From IMG/VR virus record IMGVR_UViG_3300028393_000019, positions 201,681-265,680 of that record: 64,000 bases of DNA; one strand, 5' to 3'. The notes beneath the pieces are model-generated. The model did no database searches. It saw nothing but the letters and a program-made list of their open reading frames with translations, and was not told the origin of the DNA. Position 1 is the stretch's first letter. Every line of letters starts with the position of its first letter. Positions 9,782 through 18,519 of this stretch are shown here, piece by piece. Made by a program: the position numbers and the translations under genes.

Positions 9782-10187
9782 ATGGATATCTAGAATTTCA
9801 ACACCTAAGGAAGAACTAGGTGGAATGAGTGTGTGTCCTTATGCTAAAAGTGCAGAGTATGAATTAATCGAAACTGACGGTAGTGATATAAATCCCCCAC
9901 CCTGGGACTTTGAACTTATTGTATATAAACTACCCGATAGTTATTCTATAGAAGAGCTCAACGATATAGCAGTAGAATACAATAACTTATTTCCGGAGAT
10001 GGTGTTTTTGCCCGATCATAAAGATAAAGCAACATTTATAAACGGCATTCCTACTAACAACGGTGTATATAATCTTATGCTATGTCAATGGCGTGATAAT
10101 TTATCAAAGGCTCGAGAAAAATTATCTAATACTGCCTATTATACCTACTGGGCAGAAGACTATTTGAAAGAAATATTAAACACATGA
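9771..10187 (+). CDS. Conserved phage hypothetical protein
   Basis: 138 aa, LGGMSVCPYAK motif; coupled to both neighbours. Confidence 0.55.
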   Translation: MLNEWISRISTPKEELGGMSVCPYAKSAEYELIETDGSDINPPPWDFELIVYKLPDSYSIEELNDIAVEYNNLFPEMVFLPDHKDKATFINGIPTNNGVYNLMLCQWRDNLSKAREKLSNTAYYTYWAEDYLKEILNT

Positions 10188-11188
10188 TCTGGACTGAATG
10201 GGATCCTTTAGAGTCAATTATTGTCGGTGACTGTTTTACCGATAGCGACCATCCTGGATTAAAAACGATCTTAAAAGAAACTAAAGAAGATCTAAATACT
10301 CTAGCAAATTACTTAACTAGTTTAGGTATAAAAGTCTATCGACCTAACGTTGCGCATAACTCTGCAATGGCTCCTATTGTTCCAAGAGATCAATACCTAG
10401 TGTATGGCGAAACAATATATCAAACATACACATCAATGCCTGATAGATTCAATGATAGTTTAAACTACTTAGGCATATTTAGAGAGCTATTTCAACAAGG
10501 TCATAACTGGATCAGTCAACCGCCGCCTGTGCTTGCACCTTTAAACTCTACAGACAAGTGGTGGAATGATGGTAAGCACATCTATCACGATCTAAACAAA
10601 GATAAAATACTGTGGCATACTGCCACCATGTTTAAATGTGGAGATGCATTAATAACTAACAAACAAGGTCCAGGAACGCTACTTGGACTAGAATGGATGA
10701 AGCGTAACTTGCCCGGTACACGTATTATTGAAAACAATAAGTGGGGCCACATTGATCACGGGTTTTTTATGATTGACGATGATACTGTTATTTGTATCAA
10801 CCAGTCTTGGGTTCCCGAAGTGTTACAATCTAAAACACTTATTGAAATTGAAGAATATATTGAAGTTTTAGATTATAGTAAAATTGTAGAATCTTTTTCT
10901 ACTACCAGTGGTACACTAAGTCAAGAGTGGATAGACAAATGGCTCAACGAGTGGAAGGGGTATGTGCAAGATGTTGCGTTTGACAGTAATGTGCTGGTAA
11001 TAGATTCTAAGAATATCTTGTTCTCTAGTGAACAACCTAAGCTGTTTAATTTTTTAAAACAAAAAGGTATTACATGCCACGTAGTAAACATGCGTCATAG
11101 CATGTTTTGGGAAGGCGGAATACATTGCCTAACACTAGATGTTAGTCGACGTGGAGAGAAGCGGCGAGTCGTTCCTGTAACTTTGTAA
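10184..11188 (+). CDS. Amidinotransferase (glycine/inosamine-phosphate amidinotransferase family)
   Basis: TEWDPLESIIVG, PRD, GHIDH, GGIHCLTLD (Asp-His-Cys triad). Confidence 0.85.
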   Translation: MIWTEWDPLESIIVGDCFTDSDHPGLKTILKETKEDLNTLANYLTSLGIKVYRPNVAHNSAMAPIVPRDQYLVYGETIYQTYTSMPDRFNDSLNYLGIFRELFQQGHNWISQPPPVLAPLNSTDKWWNDGKHIYHDLNKDKILWHTATMFKCGDALITNKQGPGTLLGLEWMKRNLPGTRIIENNKWGHIDHGFFMIDDDTVICINQSWVPEVLQSKTLIEIEEYIEVLDYSKIVESFSTTSGTLSQEWIDKWLNEWKGYVQDVAFDSNVLVIDSKNILFSSEQPKLFNFLKQKGITCHVVNMRHSMFWEGGIHCLTLDVSRRGEKRRVVPVTL

Positions 11189-12296
11189 AATATTCTGTAT
11201 CAGCAATCAAAGGCAGTACTAACATAAGGTTATCCTGCCCATTATTCCATACTCCTATATGCAAACCGTTGTCATAGAATGTTTGTTCAGGAGTTGACTT
11301 AATATCTATATCAAACATTAATCCGTAGTTTCTAAAAGTTAACCCCATACTAGTAAAAAGTCTGGTCGCAGTATCGACAGTTGCAGTGTATTGATTTAAT
11401 AAATCTTCTGTTTCTAATATTTCTAAATATTTTAAAGTTGAATAAATTCCACTTAATGAAAATGTATAGGTGAACCCGTGTCCCAAAAACTCATGCTTTA
11501 CTACTTCGTTAACACGATCGCTTACTAGCGTAGCACTTAAAGGAAAGTATCCCCCAGTCAATGCCTTGCCCATGGTAAAAATATCAGGATCCAACTCAGT
11601 ATCGAATCCAACAAACTTACCTGTCTTGCCACCACACATGGCAATATCATCTAAAATAAAAATCACATCGTGATCTCTGCATGTTTGTCTAAGTTCTCGC
11701 CAAAAATCTTTAGTATACTGTTTAAGACCCTTATTCCACGAGCATGTTTCCATAACTAGGCAACAGGCTGTTTTAGTTTTAACAGCGTCTATTAATTCTT
11801 CTTGATTCAAAGCAATACAATTTTCAACAGGATGTTTGGTCATATACTCTAATTGGCCGATGCCGGATGTTAGGTAAGTACTTCCGTGGTAAGAATTTTT
11901 AACACCGAGTATAGTGTGCCTAGGGTTACCTTTAGCTTCGTGATATATTTTGGCTAATTTAATTGCACCCTCGACTGCGTCACTTCCACTTAGGGCAAAT
12001 ATACTTCTATAACCACCAGTGATATCATATAGTTTATTTGTTAGATCTATAACTGCCTGATTAGTGGTCATGTATTCGCCGCCAGCGAATGGATTGTCTA
12101 ACATTTTATCAGCAACATAGTGTATAATGTCTTTACGATCAAATCCTAGTAAAAAACAGCCGCAGGATCCTAGACTTAAATCTATTAAATCTTTGCCGTT
12201 TTCTACAAATCCAAATCTTGTATAATTATCAATCTTTCTTGCGTTAGAATGATCGTAGTTGTAGTTAAAAGGGAACAAGAGCTTTAAATTTTTCAT
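11142..12296 (-). CDS. PLP-dependent class III aminotransferase
   Basis: LSGSDAVEGAIKLA, SYHGST, FILDDIAMCGGKTG, PDIFTMGKALTGGYFPLSA (PLP lysine). Confidence 0.85.
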   Translation of the reverse strand: MKNLKLLFPFNYNYDHSNARKIDNYTRFGFVENGKDLIDLSLGSCGCFLLGFDRKDIIHYVADKMLDNPFAGGEYMTTNQAVIDLTNKLYDITGGYRSIFALSGSDAVEGAIKLAKIYHEAKGNPRHTILGVKNSYHGSTYLTSGIGQLEYMTKHPVENCIALNQEELIDAVKTKTACCLVMETCSWNKGLKQYTKDFWRELRQTCRDHDVIFILDDIAMCGGKTGKFVGFDTELDPDIFTMGKALTGGYFPLSATLVSDRVNEVVKHEFLGHGFTYTFSLSGIYSTLKYLEILETEDLLNQYTATVDTATRLFTSMGLTFRNYGLMFDIDIKSTPEQTFYDNGLHIGVWNNGQDNLMLVLPLIADTEYFTKLQERLAASLHVD

Positions 12297-12300
12297 ACAG

Positions 12301-12318
12301 TATTTAACAAGGTAAATA
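12301..12318. promoter_or_regulatory. Back-to-back late promoter cores (TAAATA on each strand)
   Basis: TATTTA 12301-12306 and TAAATA 12313-12318 in the 29-nt gap between divergent genes. Confidence 0.55.
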
Positions 12319-12325
12319 TGGTGTC

Positions 12326-14242
12326 ATGAAAAATGTCTATCTTATACAAACTGAAATTACTTCCGGACCCTCTAATGAGCACTACCTACCATTCAGTGTA
12401 GGATGTATTTGGGCCTATGCAAACCAATTTGATTATGTGAAAAATAACTATAAATTGCAAGATGTTATTTGGCGGAGAGATAGACAAAAAAATGTAATTG
12501 AAAAGATCATCGACCCTAGTATCATTGGATTTAGTTGCTACGTATGGAATCATAAATGGAATCTAACCTTAGCTAAGAAATTAAAAGAACGTTTTCCAAA
12601 CTGTCTAATAGTGTTTGGTGGTCCTAGTGTTAATGAAGAATGGCTCAAATACGATTTTATCGATGTTGCAATGTTTGGCGAGGGAGAAGTTGCATGGGCT
12701 AATCTTTTAAAGATGAATCTTAATAACGAGACTATTCCGAGATATTGGAATAACCCGAGACAAACAGATATTGAAAATTATCCTAGCCCTTACACTACAG
12801 GGTTCTTTGATAAAATTATTGCAGACAATCCAGATATTAGTTGGTTTATGATGCTAGAAACTAACAGAGGATGTCCTTATCACTGTACGTTTTGCGGCTG
12901 GGGAGCCGACTATCTTAACAAACTAAAAAACTTTAACCTACATAGGGTTGAGGAAGAAATCAAATGGGCTATAACACATAACATACATTGGATGTTTGTG
13001 ATCGATGCTAACTCAGGTATAATGAAAGAACGTGATGTCGAAGTAGCGTGGATGATCCGCAGAGCTATAGAAGCACCCAACAGCAAAATTAGACGTGTAA
13101 CCTTTAACCATGCTAAAAATTTAAATGAGCATTGTTTTGAAATGGAAAAGATTATTCAAGCATGGACTTACGGTTTAGAAATGGCTATACAAAGCATGCA
13201 CCAGCCCACACTAGATGCTGTGAAAAGAATTAACATGGGTATGAACAATTTAGAACGTGCTTATGCCTTATGCCGTAAACACGGTATTAGATACTACACA
13301 GAGATGGTTTTAGGTTTACCTTTAGAAACCAAGGACACTTATATTAATGGCCTAATGAGATTAATGGAATTAGGACAACACGACAGCGTTAAAACTTATC
13401 CTGCTACTGTTATTCCTAATAGTGAAATGGACAGTGAAGAGTATAGAAACAAATACGGAATTAAGTTGATATATCCTAAAGATATGTATCGTAGTCCCGA
13501 AGAACGCATATGGGACGACGAAGATAGTAGTCATGAAAATATTGCCATGGTGTCGAGCACAAATACTGCTACCAGCCAAGATATTGCAGATTCATTAGCG
13601 TACAGTTGGATGATGAGTCAATTTCATTATTTAGGAATAACACAACTTACTTCACGGTACTTGTATGAAATGCATAATGTTCCATACCGTCAATATTATG
13701 ATGCATTATACAACGCAATTAAGAACGACATTATAGGCGGTCCTATACTAAATGATGTAGAAGAAATATTTGTAAATTATTTCACTTACGGTGAAATGCC
13801 TGTAGGTGAAAAATGGAAGAACGTAGTTGCATTGACTATGCCCGAAAGTTACGGTATGGACGATATATTTGAAAACAAGAATCATTTTATAGACCTCGGA
13901 GTTACCGTTGGAAACTTATTTCATACTATAGATCCAAGTGTCATAGAATTACAGTATGCTTTTATGTTGGATGAAAGCAAATCATATCCATTCATTCTAG
14001 AATCAGATATAGATATTGATAGATGGGAACGTTTATCATGCTCATATTCGGTTAATAGGCGTTACATGGTTAGTCACATGCATGACCAAATGTATCAAAA
14101 ATATTTGCTTAAAACTGATATTGCAAATATTAATAATCCTTATGTTGAAACCGACATAGAAGATTCATATAAAGGCAATAAGATCTCAGTCATTCCTATT
14201 TTACCTATACCTACAACTACCGCTAGTGGGAGAGTTATGTAA
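12326..14242 (+). CDS. Cobalamin-binding radical SAM enzyme
   Basis: N-terminal B12-binding domain (YLPFSVG, IIGFSCYVWN, VFGGP, GEGE) followed by ETNRGCPYHCTFC. Confidence 0.85.
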   Translation: MKNVYLIQTEITSGPSNEHYLPFSVGCIWAYANQFDYVKNNYKLQDVIWRRDRQKNVIEKIIDPSIIGFSCYVWNHKWNLTLAKKLKERFPNCLIVFGGPSVNEEWLKYDFIDVAMFGEGEVAWANLLKMNLNNETIPRYWNNPRQTDIENYPSPYTTGFFDKIIADNPDISWFMMLETNRGCPYHCTFCGWGADYLNKLKNFNLHRVEEEIKWAITHNIHWMFVIDANSGIMKERDVEVAWMIRRAIEAPNSKIRRVTFNHAKNLNEHCFEMEKIIQAWTYGLEMAIQSMHQPTLDAVKRINMGMNNLERAYALCRKHGIRYYTEMVLGLPLETKDTYINGLMRLMELGQHDSVKTYPATVIPNSEMDSEEYRNKYGIKLIYPKDMYRSPEERIWDDEDSSHENIAMVSSTNTATSQDIADSLAYSWMMSQFHYLGITQLTSRYLYEMHNVPYRQYYDALYNAIKNDIIGGPILNDVEEIFVNYFTYGEMPVGEKWKNVVALTMPESYGMDDIFENKNHFIDLGVTVGNLFHTIDPSVIELQYAFMLDESKSYPFILESDIDIDRWERLSCSYSVNRRYMVSHMHDQMYQKYLLKTDIANINNPYVETDIEDSYKGNKISVIPILPIPTTTASGRVM

Positions 14243-15402
14243 TGTTAATGGGCTTTAATCAAACTAACATAGACCGATTACTAGCAAGTATAAATGGTAC
14301 AGTTTTAGATCCAACAGTAAGCCTATGCCATCATTGCCATAGACATATACCAGCATGGCGCTACCATAAAGATAATCAGGTGTTTATAGCCAAGTCATGT
14401 CCCATACATGGTATTAGCCATCATATGATCGAATCTGACTATGAGTTTTATGCTAATCTATATTACACCCAGGATAATCCAGATTTTAATTTTAATGGCG
14501 GAGTACTTATCGAAGGTAGTGACCGCTGTAATTTAGAATGCCCACATTGTTACCATTTACCAGAAAACGATGCCCGCGACCCTTCTATAGAAGAATTGCT
14601 CGATCAAATACGAGATATGCCGGTAGGCGAGGATGGAGTACATAGAATCATCCTCGCCGGTGCTGAAAGTACCTTACGCAAAGACTTTCCAGAATTGATA
14701 ACAGCTATCCGTGAGTTAGATCCCGAAATGGATGTTAGTGTAATGACTAATGGCATACGTTTCAATGACAGCGATTTTATTCATAAATGTGTTGAAGCTG
14801 GACTTGCAGGTGTTAACATTGGGCTTAATCATCCAAGTTACATCGATCACGAAACTGTAAGACGTAAACAAGTTAGTGCTATTGAAAACATGCACCGTGA
14901 AGATATCAAGATAGGTTACATTAGTTATACTATGGTAGACTTCAGTGAGCTTGATTACATACTAACTGAGATTACTAGTAATCCTTGGACTCCTAAAAAT
15001 TTCCGCATACGTAATGGTGCAGAAATAGGACGTAATGCCAGCACCGAACAACCGTTTGTTAGCAACTTATACAAACGTGCGGAGCAATGGTGCAAGGATC
15101 ATAGTAAACAGTTTGAACGAATCATAGAAGCAGACAATAATATCTATCATGTTATGGTTAAGATTGAAGATAAAATTGTGCGATTAATCAGCTGGTGCGA
15201 TGAAACCAATATTGATATGGAAGAATTGCGTAGCGGACCTTGGTGTAACTTTGTACCCGACGGTATTACAAACTTCTTACATCAGATTATACGCAGAGAT
15301 GTGTTTAAAAATAAAGGACTAGCCTTACCGGATAGCCCTCCTAGTCGATATAAATTTAATCGCACACCCGATAAGTCAAAACTTAATTTGCTAAATCTAT
15401 AA
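14242..15402 (+). CDS. Radical SAM enzyme with N-terminal rubredoxin-like module (Tes/GDGT-MAS/MJ0619-like)
   Basis: SLCHHC..HIPA...KSCPIHG, then DRCNLECPHCY, AGAESTLRKDFPELI, TNGI, EAGL. Confidence 0.75.
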   Translation: MLMGFNQTNIDRLLASINGTVLDPTVSLCHHCHRHIPAWRYHKDNQVFIAKSCPIHGISHHMIESDYEFYANLYYTQDNPDFNFNGGVLIEGSDRCNLECPHCYHLPENDARDPSIEELLDQIRDMPVGEDGVHRIILAGAESTLRKDFPELITAIRELDPEMDVSVMTNGIRFNDSDFIHKCVEAGLAGVNIGLNHPSYIDHETVRRKQVSAIENMHREDIKIGYISYTMVDFSELDYILTEITSNPWTPKNFRIRNGAEIGRNASTEQPFVSNLYKRAEQWCKDHSKQFERIIEADNNIYHVMVKIEDKIVRLISWCDETNIDMEELRSGPWCNFVPDGITNFLHQIIRRDVFKNKGLALPDSPPSRYKFNRTPDKSKLNLLNL

Positions 15403-15739
15403 AGCCATTTGACCTATCAAGGAATTTAGTTTTAATATTTAAAATATTAAACTTATTCAAAACTTTAACAACATCTGGTACATTAAATTTTTTACAACTA
15501 TAAACATCTAGTTGTATTAGACCAGTATCCCAAGTGTGCATGACAATATGACTAGTAGTTATAGCCATGAGTGCTGTGTATCCTTCGTTATCTAAAACTT
15601 CTGATCTATAGACATATGGCCCTCCTAGTATTTCCATGTCAATAGTTGATACAATATCTAGTAGAATGTTTTTAACATCTAATTCAGACAATTGTGTTTC
15701 AGCAGTACCTTGTATTAATAGGTGCAAATGATCTAACAC
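15383..15739 (-). CDS. speD: Pyruvoyl-dependent S-adenosylmethionine decarboxylase-family proenzyme
   Basis: HLHLLI...GYTALMAITTSHIVMHTWD...QLDVYSCKKF; GTG start. Confidence 0.75.
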   Translation of the reverse strand: MLDHLHLLIQGTAETQLSELDVKNILLDIVSTIDMEILGGPYVYRSEVLDNEGYTALMAITTSHIVMHTWDTGLIQLDVYSCKKFNVPDVVKVLNKFNILNIKTKFLDRSNGFIDLAN

Positions 15740-16333
15740 TTAAGGCTTCCTTCCTATGATCATGTAACGTGTGTACAGGGGTAATTTCATTTCGCCGCCC
15801 CAAAGAAAATGTAATCCACAAGTTTCCTTAAATTCATCAAATGATTTATGCCACCGCACATGCTCGGGGATATTATAATCATTACTTTGGATAATAATCA
15901 AACTACCGTTAGGCATTCTATCCAACCATTTATCGTATTGTGCTTGTGTTAAGTGTTCACAGCTAGTATTAATAATAATATCTGCAACAGAAATTACATC
16001 GCACATATCTGCCGTATACGCTTTGAACCGACCTTCAATTTCTTCACCCTTGTTCATTAGCGTAGCAATAGGTTCGCAGGTTGGATCAATGTCAATACTG
16101 CGAATAGTAGTAATGGGAATGTTGCTCTGAAATAACATGCTGGCAAGTGTACCAACCCAGCCGCCGAAGATGTCTATGCTAGATGCAAAATGCACATGCT
16201 CATCTAGACAATCAATCAACCATTCTTTGCTTTTTAATTGCCCCGACCAAAAGGCATCCATAGTACGCATAGGGTCCGGGCTTTGACGGATGGCCTGCAT
16301 CCAATGGTGTAAATGGTTTGTATCTATCTGCAT
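15740..16333 (-). CDS. Class I SAM-dependent methyltransferase-like protein
   Basis: IDIFGGWVG, SIDIDP, ADMC, IINTSCEH. Confidence 0.65.
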   Translation of the reverse strand: MQIDTNHLHHWMQAIRQSPDPMRTMDAFWSGQLKSKEWLIDCLDEHVHFASSIDIFGGWVGTLASMLFQSNIPITTIRSIDIDPTCEPIATLMNKGEEIEGRFKAYTADMCDVISVADIIINTSCEHLTQAQYDKWLDRMPNGSLIIIQSNDYNIPEHVRWHKSFDEFKETCGLHFLWGGEMKLPLYTRYMIIGRKP

Positions 16334-17280
16334 TTTGGTATCTTGCTGTCCGCACTACTAACACATCTAGTAGTCACGCATTTTTGTGGCACAGAAAACA
16401 AAGTAAATTTTTCTATCGTGCCCAGTGCGGCTTCGTGGCAACTGTAAGCACGTTTGACTTCCGTACCTTTTATTATAACACTCTGATAACCTGCATTACA
16501 AGTCCAATTGGCAAATTGATTAAACCCCAGTGCATTAAACCGTTCTGCTTGATCTATAAAATAATTTTTATCACCATCCATTAAACGGATTTGATAACCT
16601 TCCTGCTGTTCAAAATCGTTTTGCATTATATCAACCATCTCAGCTGTGTAGCCTTCCACTATGGCGGTGGCACTGTCATTGCTTTGTGGTTTAAGTGTTA
16701 CATTAATTCCACGAGCTCGAAATCGTTCACAGCGTTCTAGTGTTTCAAAGAACAGTTCTGGCACCATAACTTGATTAACAGTTACATGAACCCGCTCGTT
16801 CATTAACTGTAAACACTTGTCACCGAACTCGTGCTCCTTGGCGAACTCTGCATGAAAGCTGGCTGTAATACTGCGGCGCTGTAGACAATCAGTGATGCTA
16901 CACCAGTTTTTCCACCAGCTGGGTCCCGGACTCAAATTGGTAGTCATATGTATACTTTGGTAGGGACTTTCTAATTCATCTATATGTTTGATCAATTCGG
17001 GCAACTGTTTGTACGCAGTAGGTTCACCTCCTGAGAAGCTCCAGTGAAATTGGGTGAATCCGTTCAAACGAGCTTGACGTTTTATCTCGTCGACTGTAGT
17101 CTTATAGACTTCTAAACTTTGGTAATCCAAATTGTCGCTTCGGGCATAGGGCCAACAATAGCTACATTTGTAATTACAAAATCTACCTAGGATCCAACTT
17201 ATGTTAAATAATGGGCGATCCAACATTGTTTGTTGCCCAAAATGCGTTATGTCTTTGAAAGGAATGATTGCGAAGTTCAT
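16324..17280 (-). CDS. Radical SAM protein
   Basis: LGRFCNYKCSYCWP (CxxxCxxC), FSGGEPT; Cys-rich C-terminus. Confidence 0.85.
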   Translation of the reverse strand: MNFAIIPFKDITHFGQQTMLDRPLFNISWILGRFCNYKCSYCWPYARSDNLDYQSLEVYKTTVDEIKRQARLNGFTQFHWSFSGGEPTAYKQLPELIKHIDELESPYQSIHMTTNLSPGPSWWKNWCSITDCLQRRSITASFHAEFAKEHEFGDKCLQLMNERVHVTVNQVMVPELFFETLERCERFRARGINVTLKPQSNDSATAIVEGYTAEMVDIMQNDFEQQEGYQIRLMDGDKNYFIDQAERFNALGFNQFANWTCNAGYQSVIIKGTEVKRAYSCHEAALGTIEKFTLFSVPQKCVTTRCVSSADSKIPKCR

Positions 17281-17310
17281 TGACAGTATTTACAAATGAT
17301 AGTATAATAT
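17280..17310 (+). promoter_or_regulatory. Sigma70-type promoter for the tRNA-like RNA
   Basis: TTGACA 17280-17285; TATATAAT 17303-17310 (17-nt spacer to TATATA). Confidence 0.7.
17287..17292 (-). promoter_or_regulatory. Late promoter core TAAATA
   Basis: 6 nt upstream of ATG 17280 on the minus strand; nested in the spacer of the opposite-strand sigma70 promoter. Confidence 0.45.
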
Positions 17311-17314
17311 ACAT

Positions 17315-17410
17315 GTAGACGTGAGTGGAACTTGGTATACCTCCAGCTTGCTGGGACTGGGCCTGGCCCTTAGGGTGGCTTTGTAGGTTCGAATCCTACC
17401 GTCTACACCA
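17315..17410 (+). tRNA. tRNA-like RNA (type II/Leu-like body, non-canonical anticodon arm; isotype unassignable)
   Basis: 7-bp acceptor GTAGACG/CGTCTAC + A73 + encoded CCA; T-arm GTAGG TTCGAAT CCTAC; D-loop GG; long variable arm; anticodon arm folds as TCCAG-CTTG-CTGGG. Confidence 0.75.
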
Positions 17411-17442
17411 TTTTACAACTTAGGCAAAGAAAGAGGCAAGTG

Positions 17443-17775
17443 ATGAAGAAAGTACTTTTTATGTTGTTGTTAGCGGCATCTAGTGCTCAGGCAGAATATC
17501 GTGATGAGCCATTCAAAGAGTTCGATGCCACACGCAACCAAGTTAACCAGGCAACGATCATTTGGCGTCAAGAAGCCAATGTGACAGCGGCATGTGATTT
17601 TGAAAGCAAGCGCCGTGGTAACAGCGGATTTGGTTTCAACGTTTTGGGTTGTGAATTTCATTATGATGTGAACAAGACAAGAGTCTGTACTATAATTACA
17701 CCACTAAACACCACTTTGACCAATCTAGGACACGAAGTGCGACACTGCTTCCAGGGAAGCTGGCACGGCTTTTAA
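17443..17775 (+). CDS. Secreted protein with HExxH motif
   Basis: Signal peptide MKKVLFMLLLAASSAQA; LGHEVRHCF. Confidence 0.6.
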   Translation: MKKVLFMLLLAASSAQAEYRDEPFKEFDATRNQVNQATIIWRQEANVTAACDFESKRRGNSGFGFNVLGCEFHYDVNKTRVCTIITPLNTTLTNLGHEVRHCFQGSWHGF

Positions 17776-17776
17776 T

Positions 17777-18334
17777 ATGAATAAACCAGTAGCAAGTAGC
17801 CCTGATCGACATACCTTTCAAAAGGAACGTAGCATCAAACGGGCAGAAGAAGCGGGCGAAGAGCCTAATCAAGCATACATCGAAATGTGGGAACAGGTTA
17901 AAATTGATGATGCCAACAAGATCCACGATCCAGTTTGGCAACGAAACAATATGGAATACGATTTGCGCTCTAGTAAAGAACTATGCGATAAAGTCAAAGC
18001 CAGTGACAACTATGCTCAAAACTTATACGCCGCAATGTGCAACATGACTTGGCAAAGCAGAGAGTTTTGGCAAGAGCTAAAAGGTGAAACTTGGAGTTGC
18101 AGTTGGCGTCACAGTGGTGGTATAATTGCTGATATGCGTGAACAAGGTGACTACATTGATTGGTACTGTAGCGGCATTGGTAATGCAGAATTGGGCAACG
18201 GATTAGACGGTACTGTGCCAGACACCACTGATGGTCGAGACTATGTACCAGAAGGTGTAGTGACTGAAGAAATTGAACTGGATCTAAATCGATTGGGTTG
18301 GCGTCCAGTTCCTTGGAGTGATGATGAAGATTGA
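17777..18334 (+). CDS. Conserved phage hypothetical protein
   Basis: 185-aa ORF, operon-coupled. Confidence 0.6.
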   Translation: MNKPVASSPDRHTFQKERSIKRAEEAGEEPNQAYIEMWEQVKIDDANKIHDPVWQRNNMEYDLRSSKELCDKVKASDNYAQNLYAAMCNMTWQSREFWQELKGETWSCSWRHSGGIIADMREQGDYIDWYCSGIGNAELGNGLDGTVPDTTDGRDYVPEGVVTEEIELDLNRLGWRPVPWSDDED

Positions 18335-18348
18335 GATTAAATAGAATT

Positions 18349-18519
18349 ATGACACATTGGACTATAACAGTTGAAGAAGCAGATGACGGTAGCGGAGATC
18401 TAGTTCTCCCACTGCCGCAGGAGATGTTGGATTTGCAAGGATGGAAAGAAGGAGACACATTGGAATGGAACGATCTAGGTGACGGCTCGTGGACCATTTC
18501 AAAGGCAACAAATGGCTAA
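18349..18519 (+). CDS. AbrB/MazE/SpoVT-like small DNA-binding protein
   Basis: GDLVLPLPQEML...GWKEGDTLEW pattern; ATG at 18349. Confidence 0.6.
   Translation: MTHWTITVEEADDGSGDLVLPLPQEMLDLQGWKEGDTLEWNDLGDGSWTISKATNG

Noticed and set aside
17343-17360. tRNA-Ala(UGC) call from C-U-UGC
   Set aside because: A 7-nt loop would need a G:G closing pair and has no purine 37; there is no G3:U70 Ala determinant; the body is type II with A73
17994-18497. 167-aa minus-strand ORF and similar 60-180 aa antisense ORFs (e.g. 21485-22030, 27408-27800)
   Set aside because: Fully overlap well-supported plus-strand genes and carry no motifs
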